33,724 nt of DNA from a virus (IMGVR_UViG_3300007557_000014:1-33724), one strand, 5' to 3'; positions 1-9,245 are shown, numbered from the stretch's first letter. Numbers and translations: made by a program. The notes: generated by a model from the letters alone, not told the origin.

Positions 1-1266
1 TAGCGTAAATGCGTTTTGTGATACGTAATCAGCTTCGGATCTGTTTGAAAACAATGGGTAATAGAATGAACCGTCTGGTGATTCAATGTAGCGATATTGT
101 AAAGGAACGTCGCTTACAAGACTGTTAGTCCTAACAGTGCCAACGTTAACTTGAGCGTTTTCTTTAACCATATGGCATACTAGCATATATTCTTCACTAG
201 AGTCTATAATAAACGCACTACGTACGATTACTAACCATTCGCCGTTTTTATAGTGACTAATGGATAGTCTACCGGTGTTGTCAACACCAGCACGGAACTG
301 GAAAGATTTACCAGGCGCTTCGTAGAAACCATTTTCAATTACAACACCGTAATCACTGTTTTCAAACGCTGCGTTTGGACCAAGCCTTACAGCAAGATCC
401 AATACGCTGCCGAGGCTGGTTATGTTCTCAAGTAATGTAGTAGAATCGCCAGCGTCGAACTTACTGGTTTCTAACAAACCAATTGTAAACTTACGATCAA
501 AGGCATAACCGGTGTTATCAAATTCAAAGTACTCGCCCGAGCTATTAACTGCTTGGCCTATAGTATAGAAACCATCATTAAACTGCGAACCTGAGTTAGA
601 ACCCTTTGTAGCAATACCTCCGGAGATAGTAACGTTACCAAACGTACCTATATTAGGAGTAGTTTGACCGTATTGATTAGACACAGTAGGATCGTCGGCG
701 CCTGCGCCAACCGGTGTAACATTAAACAGTGCGTTTAGTGCGTTTATTACAGCATTAAGTGCCGTAGTCTGTGTCTGTCCATTAATCGTAACATTGTAAG
801 GTCTAATTGAAGTGTAAAGCGCAACACCTGTGTCTGCGTCCTCTCGAATGGTAATGTTACCATCAGCATCTCCTATAGCCTTAACACTGTTTACGCCAAA
901 ACTATCACCGAGCGATGTAAGTACAGAAGTGTTAGTGTTATCACGTGTAAAGTTTACAACAGTAATAGCATCAAGTTCAATAGCGCCGCCGATTACGTTT
1001 GCTTTTTCAGTAATATATGCTGCTGCCTCTGTTGAGTCACTAAAGCTATTACCGTCTGCGTCTTGGAATTCAGTGTAAGGCACACCGTAGAATTCGTATA
1101 CCGGGTTGTTGTCATCTGTGGTTCTAACGTCGTTAACAACGTCAACACGACCGCTATCATCACTGTTAACTTGTCCGCTAAGGCAAGCGTTCCAATATGC
1201 CGGCTGCGATGAGCCTACAAAGGTTACACAGTTACCGTTGTTATTTCGAACTACTCTTATCGCCAT
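1..1266 (-). CDS. Putative virion structural protein, 3' end runs off the window (absent from ORF track)
   Basis: Hand translation from ATG at 1266: MAIRVVRNNNGNCVTFVGSSQPAYWNACLSG..., open for 422 codons to position 1. Starts 7 nt after the stop of the 1273..2667 gene. Rich in N/T/G/S, like beta-structured virion proteins. Confidence 0.8.
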   Translation of the reverse strand, partial: MAIRVVRNNNGNCVTFVGSSQPAYWNACLSGQVNSDDSGRVDVVNDVRTTDDNNPVYEFYGVPYTEFQDADGNSFSDSTEAAAYITEKANVIGGAIELDAITVVNFTRDNTNTSVLTSLGDSFGVNSVKAIGDADGNITIREDADTGVALYTSIRPYNVTINGQTQTTALNAVINALNALFNVTPVGAGADDPTVSNQYGQTTPNIGTFGNVTISGGIATKGSNSGSQFNDGFYTIGQAVNSSGEYFEFDNTGYAFDRKFTIGLLETSKFDAGDSTTLLENITSLGSVLDLAVRLGPNAAFENSDYGVVIENGFYEAPGKSFQFRAGVDNTGRLSISHYKNGEWLVIVRSAFIIDSSEEYMLVCHMVKENAQVNVGTVRTNSLVSDVPLQYRYIESPDGSFYYPLFSNRSEADYVSQNAFTL

Positions 1267-1272
1267 TTTTAA

Positions 1273-2667
1273 TTATCTCCCTACTACAAATAATGTTGTT
1301 AGTGGCTGTACAAACACTGGCTGGTCTGCTCGTATTGCCGGTAATGCTCTTGCGTTTACATCTTCAACAGAAGCAAGATATGCTGTCATAACTGGACGGT
1401 TTAGGAATGTTCTTCCTGTTGTGCCTGATCCAAAGAAGATTGGTTCACCTGTAAGAGCAAATGTAAATGTTGCGTTGTCGCTTGCGTCTCTAGTTTGCCA
1501 AATAAGTCCAACTTCTACAGTTGTATTTGCAAATTGCGGTGTTAGATTAAAGTCAAATCTAAACGATGTAAAGTCGCCTGTAGTAAGTTGACTCATATTG
1601 TATGAACCCGAAGCAGCGTTATATTGTAAACTGCCTGATGTTTGTGCTTCGTTGTATGGACTAAATGAACTGTCTTCAGCAAAGTCAAACATGCTAGTTA
1701 CGCCAGTTGGCATATAAGCGCCGGAGAACAATCCAACACCACGATAAGCGTCTGGTCGAGCAGTGCTTCCGTCCATAAAAAATCCATCTGGTAAGTTGTT
1801 AGCATCAGCGCCGTAAATAGCGCCAGGTGCTTCATCAGCTCCGCCTGCTCCGTTAGTCCAATACGGCTTATCGTTTGCTAACTGTCTTTCGGAACTAAAA
1901 CCAAATCTCATCCATTCTTGTGTAAGTACTTGCGCAGAAGTATATTCTACGTCAGTACCGATGTCACTAACACCAGCGCTACCAGTTGTTCTATTCTCAA
2001 AACCACCGGTAAACTCGTAACCGCCTGTACCGTCGCCGATTAGGTTTTGTACGTCGTTGCCGCCTACTGTTAAGCGGCCGTCTACATCAACGTCTGACTG
2101 GAAGTTAGCAATGTTCTCAATGCGTAGTGCAGAGCTATCAGGCGTAACAATATTCGGAACTGAAAGTTGTCCGTCTACAGTAACGTCGGAAGTAAAATTA
2201 ATACCGTTATTAACAGTTATATCTGATGAGTCAACGCCGCTAATCTGCGTAGTTTGTACTGTTGTAGATGTAGTAGTAGTGTTATTTACAGCACCGGTGA
2301 CTTCACCAGTAATACCGTCAATAATTTGTGTACTGTCGTCGGAAAAGATAGAGCCTGTAAAGTTGCCAGAAAAGTCAGCACCGTCCACAGCAATTCCAGT
2401 TAACGCCGAGCCGTCAATCGCAGGTAGTGCACCTGTTAAAGCAGTAGCGTTAATAGTACTATTCACACCGTCTACAAGTAACGTGCTATCATCAGAAAAA
2501 ACTGATCCCGACACATCACCAGTTACATCACCAGTTACATCACCAGTAAGGTTAAATGATGCTGCTGTTATATTTGATTCCCAGCTAGTGCCATTCCACG
2601 TATATGTAGTTCCGTTTACAACATACGTGTCATTCACACTTGGGCTAGAAGGAAATTCTATAGCCAT
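1273..2667 (-). CDS. Tail fibre/virion protein with DDST motifs
   Basis: N-terminus FPSSPSVNDTYVVNGTTYTWNGTSW is typical of phage fibre modules. Contains GDVT repeats, GSVFSDDSTLLVDG, GSIFSDDSTQIIDG and LPAIDGSALTG. GGAG RBS upstream. Confidence 0.7.
   Translation of the reverse strand: MAIEFPSSPSVNDTYVVNGTTYTWNGTSWESNITAASFNLTGDVTGDVTGDVSGSVFSDDSTLLVDGVNSTINATALTGALPAIDGSALTGIAVDGADFSGNFTGSIFSDDSTQIIDGITGEVTGAVNNTTTTSTTVQTTQISGVDSSDITVNNGINFTSDVTVDGQLSVPNIVTPDSSALRIENIANFQSDVDVDGRLTVGGNDVQNLIGDGTGGYEFTGGFENRTTGSAGVSDIGTDVEYTSAQVLTQEWMRFGFSSERQLANDKPYWTNGAGGADEAPGAIYGADANNLPDGFFMDGSTARPDAYRGVGLFSGAYMPTGVTSMFDFAEDSSFSPYNEAQTSGSLQYNAASGSYNMSQLTTGDFTSFRFDFNLTPQFANTTVEVGLIWQTRDASDNATFTFALTGEPIFFGSGTTGRTFLNRPVMTAYLASVEDVNARALPAIRADQPVFVQPLTTLFVVGR
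2513..2547. repeat. 12-bp tandem repeat, about 3 copies (acatcaccagtt), encoding TGDV repeats
   Basis: Read directly: acatcaccagtt acatcaccagtt acatcaccagt. Confidence 0.9.
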
Positions 2668-2696
2668 TTATTACTCTCCGTTTTAAAAATTTATAG

Positions 2697-4013
2697 TTAA
2701 GCGCCGGTGCCACTATTTAGTGTTTTTACAAGTGTTGCTAGTCGATCAATAGCAGCACCAATAGTCGTTGGTGCTGTTCCGTTCCAGTCGCTTGCTGTTG
2801 CTGGGGTATAAGATCCTCCGCCACCGCCGACTGGTGAAGCATCTACCCAAAAGTTATCGTAACGAATTTTTAATCTACCAGTGTCTGATTCCCACCAAAG
2901 ATCTCCGGATGCTGGAGTGCCTCCTGGCGCATCATCGCTAACTGTAACATTAGCATTTCCATCAGCACCACCGATACCTCCGCCAACTGGCAGCGCATCA
3001 ATCCAAGTATCGTTATACCTTACTTTTAAGCGTAAACTGTCTGATTCCCACCATAAGTCTCCGATATCAGAACCAACCGGCGGATCGTCACTTACTGTAA
3101 CGTTTGCGCCAGCTATCTCACCAGTATTAATAGTAGCACCGCCAATTGTAGTGCCTGTTGGCAAATCAGTCGGAGTAGTTAAAGTTAGTGTATTTTCTAT
3201 AGTAACATCTGAATTAAATATAGCAGGTGGTGCAATATTAATTGCGCTACTGTCAAGCGTATCAATATTTGCTGTGTACAGTGTATTTCCTACAGTAACA
3301 TCTGAATTAAATATAGCAGGCGGTATAATGTTAATTGCGCTACTGTCAAGCGTATCAATATTTGCTGTGTACAGTGTATTTATTTTAGCGTCTGTAGTAA
3401 CATCAAGTACATTAGTAGTTACAGTATTGTTTAAGTAGTCTACAATTACAGTACTATCGTCGCCCAGTACATTGCCTTTAACGTCAGCAACTACCACAGG
3501 GCTAAGTGAAATACTCAGTACGCCTTCGGCGTCTGTAGTAGTGCTTATATTTGCGTCGCCTAAAATACTAAGTGTTTCGCCACCGTTAATAGTACGCTGT
3601 GTACTGTCGTCGCCGGCAATAGTAATAGCGCCATCGCCGCCTATACCGCTATCTGCACCTGCTTCCCATTCTGAGCCATTCCATTTTAGTACTTGCCCAG
3701 TACTCGGCACTGTGTTGCTTACATTGCTTAACGCTGACAACGAGTGATTAGATAGATCGCTAACTTGTCCAGTTACGTTGCCTGTGATACCGCCTGTGGC
3801 AACAATAGTATTATTAGACGAATCTACCATTACAGTACTATCGTCGCCTAATATATCACCCTTTACATCAAGGGTTAAGGTGTTACCGTCAGCAGTACTT
3901 TGGCGAGCATACAGTTCAATAAAGTTACTTTCGATCTTAGCAAAAGCAGTGCGTAGACTTTCACCGTCGCCTGCTCGTTCTGCTGAACCTATGTTAATAT
4001 GTTCTTGCGTCAT
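2697..4013 (-). CDS. Tail fibre protein with T4 gp9/gp10-like N-terminal baseplate-docking motif
   Basis: INIGSAERAGDGESLRTAFAKIESNFIELY at the N-terminus; GQVLKWNGSEW; three GDDST motifs; two GDLWWESD...L..RY..W.DA repeats. Confidence 0.75.
   Translation of the reverse strand: MTQEHINIGSAERAGDGESLRTAFAKIESNFIELYARQSTADGNTLTLDVKGDILGDDSTVMVDSSNNTIVATGGITGNVTGQVSDLSNHSLSALSNVSNTVPSTGQVLKWNGSEWEAGADSGIGGDGAITIAGDDSTQRTINGGETLSILGDANISTTTDAEGVLSISLSPVVVADVKGNVLGDDSTVIVDYLNNTVTTNVLDVTTDAKINTLYTANIDTLDSSAINIIPPAIFNSDVTVGNTLYTANIDTLDSSAINIAPPAIFNSDVTIENTLTLTTPTDLPTGTTIGGATINTGEIAGANVTVSDDPPVGSDIGDLWWESDSLRLKVRYNDTWIDALPVGGGIGGADGNANVTVSDDAPGGTPASGDLWWESDTGRLKIRYDNFWVDASPVGGGGGSYTPATASDWNGTAPTTIGAAIDRLATLVKTLNSGTGA
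3201..3381. repeat. In-frame tandem duplication with 93-bp period (31 aa)
   Basis: 3201-3288 and 3294-3381 are nearly identical, differing only in a short central patch. Encodes NTLYTANIDTLDSSAINI(I/A)PPAIFNSDVT twice. Confidence 0.95.
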
Positions 4014-4025
4014 TCCCTCTTACCC

Positions 4026-4463
4026 TCAATAATTCATTAATATACTACTGATACTACCTGTCGTCCACCCGCTTACTACAGCTCTAAGCCATACAAAGTT
4101 ACCAGTAAAGTTGTAGTTTACATTAGAATTCTCGCTATCGTAGCTAACACTCGATAGCGTTATTTTATTATCATTAGAAGCAGTAATAGCTCCAGTAGTG
4201 TCAACTGTAGCAATTAGCATAGTAGTCGGGTCAACTGATGAAAGTTCAACAGTAAACCAATCTTCGTCAGTGGGTTCTACGGAAAGACTACCTTGTATGG
4301 TAATCTCTCCTGAGAAATTAGTAAGGTTGATTTGCACGGTATGAAGACCGTCTGAACGACCAAAGTATCCGTCTCCTTTTACTTTGTCGCTTGTTGCAGT
4401 TTGAACTGAACTGTCCCCTGGGTGGACTTGTGATGATAAAATTGTAACACTGTTTCCTGGCAT
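4026..4463 (-). CDS. Hypothetical, probably a late/structural beta-sandwich protein
   Basis: 145-aa ORF of alternating beta-strand character (NFTGNFVWLRAVV); late-type motif GATAAATA 5 nt upstream of the ATG. Confidence 0.7.
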   Translation of the reverse strand: MPGNSVTILSSQVHPGDSSVQTATSDKVKGDGYFGRSDGLHTVQINLTNFSGEITIQGSLSVEPTDEDWFTVELSSVDPTTMLIATVDTTGAITASNDNKITLSSVSYDSENSNVNYNFTGNFVWLRAVVSGWTTGSISSILMNY

Positions 4464-4468
4464 AGTGT

Positions 4469-4476
4469 TATTTATC
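4469..4476 (-). promoter_or_regulatory. T4-late-like promoter GATAAATA, probably producing a leaderless transcript
   Basis: Minus strand reads GATAAATA-acact-ATG with no Shine-Dalgarno. Confidence 0.6.
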
Positions 4477-4480
4477 TGTT

Positions 4481-5173
4481 TTACTTAGGAAGCAACTTGT
4501 CGAGTCTTTTTATTTCAAAGCCAAACATAGAAACTATGTTTAAAACTTTATCGTCACGTACATAAAAGTAGTATGTGCCGTAATACTGTGCTGCGTTCTT
4601 CCTTATTGCTGTTATAGTACTTGCTCCTGCACGTACATAAGTGTTATTGTTTGCTTCGAGATAAGCAGCAAGGGCAGTATCGTGTATTTTCCCCACAGTG
4701 ATTTTATATTTGTATTGGTCAGCTAAACTATGATATATGGTGTTAGGCTCTACGTTGTCATTCTTTTGAACATGTAACTTATGCACACACGACAACTCTT
4801 TAGCAATATCACGAATCTTGCCTTCTTCGTTAGAGTAAAGACTAAGATTGTTTAGTTCTACTCTTGTTTTTGTGTCCGTAGCAGTTACCGTTAAGAAGTT
4901 ATACAGTTTTTCGCAATCTTGGATATCTGTAGAAGTTGGCTGAAATCGACGTAGTGTCCATTTAGTTGGGTACCGCAGCGCACCACGACCTGCTTGTTCA
5001 AGAGCTTCGTCCCAGTTAGCGCTGCTATTCATGTATTGCTTAGCAAAGTCGATTGTTTCACGGGCAAGAGCACGATCTGCCGAACGAAACAAATGACCTA
5101 TACAAGTTATTAGCTCAAGTTTGTATTTGTATTTGTTATAAAACAAGCCGCTTGCTATTACTTCATGTAACAT
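4481..5173 (-). CDS. Hypothetical protein
   Basis: ORF track gives 4481..5218. ATG at 5173 (MLHEVIASG) is preferred because it overlaps the clpA stop by only 11 nt. Confidence 0.7.
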   Translation of the reverse strand: MLHEVIASGLFYNKYKYKLELITCIGHLFRSADRALARETIDFAKQYMNSSANWDEALEQAGRGALRYPTKWTLRRFQPTSTDIQDCEKLYNFLTVTATDTKTRVELNNLSLYSNEEGKIRDIAKELSCVHKLHVQKNDNVEPNTIYHSLADQYKYKITVGKIHDTALAAYLEANNNTYVRAGASTITAIRKNAAQYYGTYYFYVRDDKVLNIVSMFGFEIKRLDKLLPK

Positions 5174-7391
5174 TTTGTTTGCTTTCGTAAGACAAAGTGA
5201 TGTGCTTGTTTGCTCCAATAGTAACTACGCCGCCTTCTTTAAGATCACCAAACAGAATTGCCTTACTAAGCGGAGTCTTAATCTTCTCATCAATAACTCG
5301 ACCCAATGGACGTGCGCCCATTTCACGATGATAGCCATGCTTCATAAGATATTCTTTAGCAGCCTTATCAAGCTTTACAGTCACGCCCTTACCTTTAAGT
5401 GTAACACGTAATTCACTGATAAATTTCTCAACAATCTTACCGATTACAGATTCTTCAAGATATTTAAATGTAACAACTTTGTCAAGACGGTTTCTAAACT
5501 CTGGCGAGAAGAACTTCTTAAACGCAGCGTCTTTGTACACTTTCTGCGCAGCATCGCCAAAGCCGATTGTGTTCTTTTCACTATCAGCAGCGCCGAGGTT
5601 AGTAGTGAGAATCAGCACACAGTTAGATACATCAATCTCTTTTCCGTTGCCGCCGGAGATTTTACCGTAGTCCATTACCTGTAGCAGAATCTGACTGATG
5701 TCCGGATGTGCTTTCTCAATCTCGTCAAGCAACAGTACACAGTTAGGATGTTCTTGTAGCTTATTAATCAGCTTACCGGAACTATCACCGTAGCCCACGT
5801 AGCCCGGGGGCGAGCCAAGCAGTTTAGATACACTGTGCGATTCTTGATATTCACTCATATCAAACCGTACAAGCTCTACACCTAAGTTGTCTGCGATTTG
5901 CTTAGCAGTTTCAGTTTTGCCTGTGCCAGTTGGCCCCATAAATACAAAGCTACCAATTGGCTTGTTACGATCTTTAAGGCCTGCTTGTGCTACAAGGATC
6001 TTGTCTACAACTTGTTCAATCGCAGTGTCTTGACCGTATACATAGCTTTTAATGTTTGACTCAAGGTTAGCAAGATTTGTAGTTTCACGCTCACGAATGT
6101 TTTCGACAGGCATCTTAAGAACCTTGGCCATTTCAACTTCGATCTCAGGAGCCTTTACTACACGTTTGCCGTCGAATCCGTCAAGGAGATTAAAACGTGC
6201 GCAAGCTTGATCAATTAGGTCAATTGCTTTGTCTGGAAGCTTTTTATCATGCTGATACTTTACACTAAGCTCAACTGCACGAGTAAGTGCGTTCTTATGA
6301 ATTTTAATTTTGTGATACTTTTCGTAGTACTTCTTAATACCAGTAAGAATTGATACTGTATCTTTTTCGCTCGGCTCTTCAACACTTACACGCTGGAAGC
6401 GACGCATTAATGCGCTGTCTTTTTCAAAGTGCTTGCGAAACTCAGTCCAGGTAGTACTGCCGATGACTTTAATAGTACCATTTGACAGTGCTGGTTTAAG
6501 AATGTTAGCAAGGTCATTCGACCCTTCTTGCCCGGCACCTGCGCCGCTCATCATGTGTGCTTCGTCGATATATAAAATAGCTTTATCATGCTGAGTAAGT
6601 TCACTGAGCAATGCGTCCATGCGTTCTTCGAATTCGCCTCGATAACGAGTTCCAGCAAGTAGTGTAGTAATTCTAAGACTAAACACTTCGTACTCTTCAA
6701 GGAACTTAGGAACTTCTTTGTTAACAATACGATAAGCAAGTCCCTCAGCAATGGCAGTTTTACCAACGCCTGGGTCGCCTACTAACATTACGTTGCTCTT
6801 AGCACGTCGGCCAAGCGATAAAGCAATGCTTTCGATTTCTTCAGCACGACCGATAACCGGGTCAATCTCACCATTAGCAGCCATTTCGGTCAAGTTGTCA
6901 GTATACCGTTCAAGCGAATTTGCATGCTTACCGCCTCCAGCTGCGAGGCCTTCTTCGAACATAAACTCACTGTACAAGAATTCAGCTATCTTATCTTTAG
7001 TAACACCAGCTTGTATACAGTAGTACGTAGCGAGACAGTTCTTTTCGTGAAGAAGACTTAGAATAATATCAGCTAAGCTAACTTTGTCTCGATTAGAAAA
7101 CAGTGCTTGTGCGAACGACCGTTGCATTACACGCTCGACTGCTCGTGTCTTCTTTGCCTTGCACTTCACCTCGACTACAATATCGTCACACTCGTTGAGT
7201 AAATGATTCTCTAAACGATTCTTAAGACTTTCGTAGTCAATGCCTAATTCGGTTAGAGTCACTCCAAACTCTTCGACACACATGATAGCAAAGGTCAAGT
7301 GCTCAAGAGTTAGATACTCGTGCTTGAGTTTGCTTGCGTCTCTATTAGCTTTTTCAAAAGCCAATTGTACTTCTTCAGTTGTGTTTAGCAT
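5163..7391 (-). CDS. clpA: ATP-dependent Clp protease ATP-binding subunit ClpA
   Basis: Clp N-domain (HEYLTLEHL); two AAA+ modules with Walker A GDPGVGKT and GPTGTGKT and Walker B IDEAH and LLDEIEKAH; pore loop GSPPGYVG; ClpP-docking IGF loop (NTIGFG); GARPL; 742 aa with no ClpB middle domain. Confidence 0.93.
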   Translation of the reverse strand: MLNTTEEVQLAFEKANRDASKLKHEYLTLEHLTFAIMCVEEFGVTLTELGIDYESLKNRLENHLLNECDDIVVEVKCKAKKTRAVERVMQRSFAQALFSNRDKVSLADIILSLLHEKNCLATYYCIQAGVTKDKIAEFLYSEFMFEEGLAAGGGKHANSLERYTDNLTEMAANGEIDPVIGRAEEIESIALSLGRRAKSNVMLVGDPGVGKTAIAEGLAYRIVNKEVPKFLEEYEVFSLRITTLLAGTRYRGEFEERMDALLSELTQHDKAILYIDEAHMMSGAGAGQEGSNDLANILKPALSNGTIKVIGSTTWTEFRKHFEKDSALMRRFQRVSVEEPSEKDTVSILTGIKKYYEKYHKIKIHKNALTRAVELSVKYQHDKKLPDKAIDLIDQACARFNLLDGFDGKRVVKAPEIEVEMAKVLKMPVENIRERETTNLANLESNIKSYVYGQDTAIEQVVDKILVAQAGLKDRNKPIGSFVFMGPTGTGKTETAKQIADNLGVELVRFDMSEYQESHSVSKLLGSPPGYVGYGDSSGKLINKLQEHPNCVLLLDEIEKAHPDISQILLQVMDYGKISGGNGKEIDVSNCVLILTTNLGAADSEKNTIGFGDAAQKVYKDAAFKKFFSPEFRNRLDKVVTFKYLEESVIGKIVEKFISELRVTLKGKGVTVKLDKAAKEYLMKHGYHREMGARPLGRVIDEKIKTPLSKAILFGDLKEGGVVTIGANKHITLSYESKQNVT

Positions 7392-7416
7392 ATGCTACCT
7401 TTTTGTTAATGTTCTT

Positions 7417-7444
7417 ATAATAACACTTTTGCGCTAAAAGTCAA
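7417..7444 (-). promoter_or_regulatory. Putative sigma70-type promoter for clpA
   Basis: Minus strand TTGACT (7444-7439), 16-nt spacer ending in TGT, then TATTAT (7422-7417); AAGG RBS before the ATG. Confidence 0.55.
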
Positions 7445-8232
7445 GTGTTCTTTGCATGAATCAAGTCACGAACGTGTGAAAGTTTTTCTATAATTTCTTC
7501 GTCGTGAAGATCAGGCATAACTGCTTCGATTTTTAATAGTACATTGCCTGCGGTTCCTGTAGTAATGTTAGGAATACCGTAGCCTGAGATATTTAGTACA
7601 GTACCGGGTTTCGTGCCTTTTCTTATGGTTACAGAAAACTCACGCCCTGTTGGTATCTTTACGGGCACCGAAGCCCCCAGCATTAAATCCAATATGTTAA
7701 CAATTATTGTAGATGATATACTATCACTGGAATCTCGCTTCCAATTTGGATCTCGCTGTACTCTTATTGCTATTATCAATTTGCCAGGCGGCATATGCGG
7801 ATTTGAATCGTCGCCTAAGTCGGCAAATGTTAGCTTTTGATTGTCGCGAATGCCTTTAGGAATTTTAATAGTAATGTTTTTAGTTTTGCCACTGGGTAGC
7901 TCGTAGCTAATGTCGGCATGTTTATCAGTAAACTGATCGCTAAAGTTTATAACTTGTTCAACAAGTATGTTTTGGTTATGCTGCATACGCTTATAGTAAA
8001 AGTTTTGATTAAGCCAACTGTCAAAATTATCACTTTGTTTGAACGTAAAGTCATACTGACTACGCTTAGCTTGATCTTTCAGTGTGTTGTATGCTTCTGT
8101 TATTTGCGAAAACTTTTTAGGGTCGCCGCCGCGGTCAGGATGACTATTTAATGCAAGCTTTCTGTAAGCTGATTTAATTTCATCCTGACTCGACGAGTTA
8201 TCTATTCCAAGTATTGTATAGTAGTCATCCAT
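7441..8232 (-). CDS. dnaJ: DnaJ/CbpA-like co-chaperone (J domain plus C-terminal domain, no zinc finger)
   Basis: DYYTILG...EIKSAYRKLA...HPDRGGD...F..I.EAY..L.D...R..YD; C-terminal KIPKGIRDNQKL and GTKPGTVLNISGYG. Confidence 0.9.
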   Translation of the reverse strand: MDDYYTILGIDNSSSQDEIKSAYRKLALNSHPDRGGDPKKFSQITEAYNTLKDQAKRSQYDFTFKQSDNFDSWLNQNFYYKRMQHNQNILVEQVINFSDQFTDKHADISYELPSGKTKNITIKIPKGIRDNQKLTFADLGDDSNPHMPPGKLIIAIRVQRDPNWKRDSSDSISSTIIVNILDLMLGASVPVKIPTGREFSVTIRKGTKPGTVLNISGYGIPNITTGTAGNVLLKIEAVMPDLHDEEIIEKLSHVRDLIHAKNT

Positions 8233-8240
8233 ACTAATAC

Positions 8241-8582
8241 TTATTTGTTATCCTTGTTCTTGTTGAAATTTTCTACACCTTCTTTAGCGTAAAACGCAGC
8301 AACAATAGCAGCAACAGAAACAAAGTATGTAGGTGCTATGTCTTTAAGTAAACCACCTGCGGTTTCTAAGCCGAATAAACTTGTACCAATTATCGAAAAC
8401 GGATACAGCAACATGCCAAACAAAGCAAACCATGCCATCATACGCTGAGCGTCTTGTTTCTTATCGTCGTTTTCGATTTGAATCATACGCTCAGCTTTTG
8501 CCATTTCTTCGTCTGTTACGATTCCGTCACCGTCTTCGTCGAATTGATTATAAATCGAATCCTTTTCGAGTGATTTCCCCAT
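8241..8582 (-). CDS. EF-hand-containing two-TM membrane protein, holin candidate
   Basis: Canonical EF-hand loop DEDGDGIVTDEE, two hydrophobic helices and a charged C-terminus; near the spanin genes. Confidence 0.65.
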   Translation of the reverse strand: MGKSLEKDSIYNQFDEDGDGIVTDEEMAKAERMIQIENDDKKQDAQRMMAWFALFGMLLYPFSIIGTSLFGLETAGGLLKDIAPTYFVSVAAIVAAFYAKEGVENFNKNKDNK

Positions 8583-9053
8583 TTACTTTTTCGCTTCCAT
8601 TTTCTTTATAGCAGCGTTGTAGTCTTCACGACTAACAATACCTTCATTTAGCAAACGTTCTCTGTTAACGGCATGTGCTGCTTGTGTATCTTCTTTTGAT
8701 CCGCCGAAGTACGGCACGCAATGCCCTTCTTGAGTCATGATTTCAGTGATCATTCGTCCGTCTTGCGCAATAAAGTCGCCAAGAATTCGACCGAACTTAC
8801 CTTTCATGTCTTCGCCGTGTTTGTTAACTTGAGTTTTTAGAATACACTCGTCGCCGAGTATTTGTTTTAGTCTTGCTTTAGCAGCTTCGCCAAACAAGTC
8901 TTCTACTTTATCACTTGTTCTTGACTCCGGAGTGTCAATGCCCATTATACGAACACGTTCGTCTTTTAGCATTACTCCAAACCCTAGATCAATGTCAACG
9001 TCTACTGTGTCGCCGTCAACGACTTTTACTACATATGCTCTATATTCGTACAT
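8583..9053 (-). CDS. Thermonuclease (SNase-like) family nuclease
   Basis: VVKVVDGDTV, RVRIMGIDTPE and GKFGRILG motifs; strong GGGAGG RBS. Confidence 0.88.
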   Translation of the reverse strand: MYEYRAYVVKVVDGDTVDVDIDLGFGVMLKDERVRIMGIDTPESRTSDKVEDLFGEAAKARLKQILGDECILKTQVNKHGEDMKGKFGRILGDFIAQDGRMITEIMTQEGHCVPYFGGSKEDTQAAHAVNRERLLNEGIVSREDYNAAIKKMEAKK

Positions 9054-9078
9054 TGTTTCCCTCCCCGAAAAATATACT

Positions 9079-9243
9079 TTATCTTCTAGTTTTACGCCTT
9101 CCGTACCCTACTCTTTTCATGATGACTAACCTTTCGTCATCGGTATACGTTTTCCATTTAGCAATCTCCTCTCTAGATCGCCCGCAGCCTACGCAAACAC
9201 CCTCTATAATGTTACATATGCTAAGACACGGAGTAACGTACAT
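9079..9243 (-). CDS. DUF1289-like small Cys-rich protein, 54 aa (absent from ORF track)
   Basis: Hand translation MYVTPCLSICNIIEGVCVGCGRSREEIAKWKTYTDDERLVIMKRVGYGRRKTRR matches the PC..IC......C.GCGR...EI..W.....ER pattern. Confidence 0.8.
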   Translation of the reverse strand: MYVTPCLSICNIIEGVCVGCGRSREEIAKWKTYTDDERLVIMKRVGYGRRKTRR

Positions 9244-9245
9244 AG

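Noticed and set aside
3201-3381. Possible CRISPR array or DGR template/variable repeat pair
   Set aside because: There are only two adjacent in-frame copies and no spacers. No cas or reverse transcriptase gene is present in the window.
830-4032. Long plus-strand ORFs (830..1078, 1106..1591, 2057..2686, 2881..3438 and others)
   Set aside because: They are antisense shadows of minus-strand fibre genes, with low-complexity S/P/V/T translations and no RBS or motifs.
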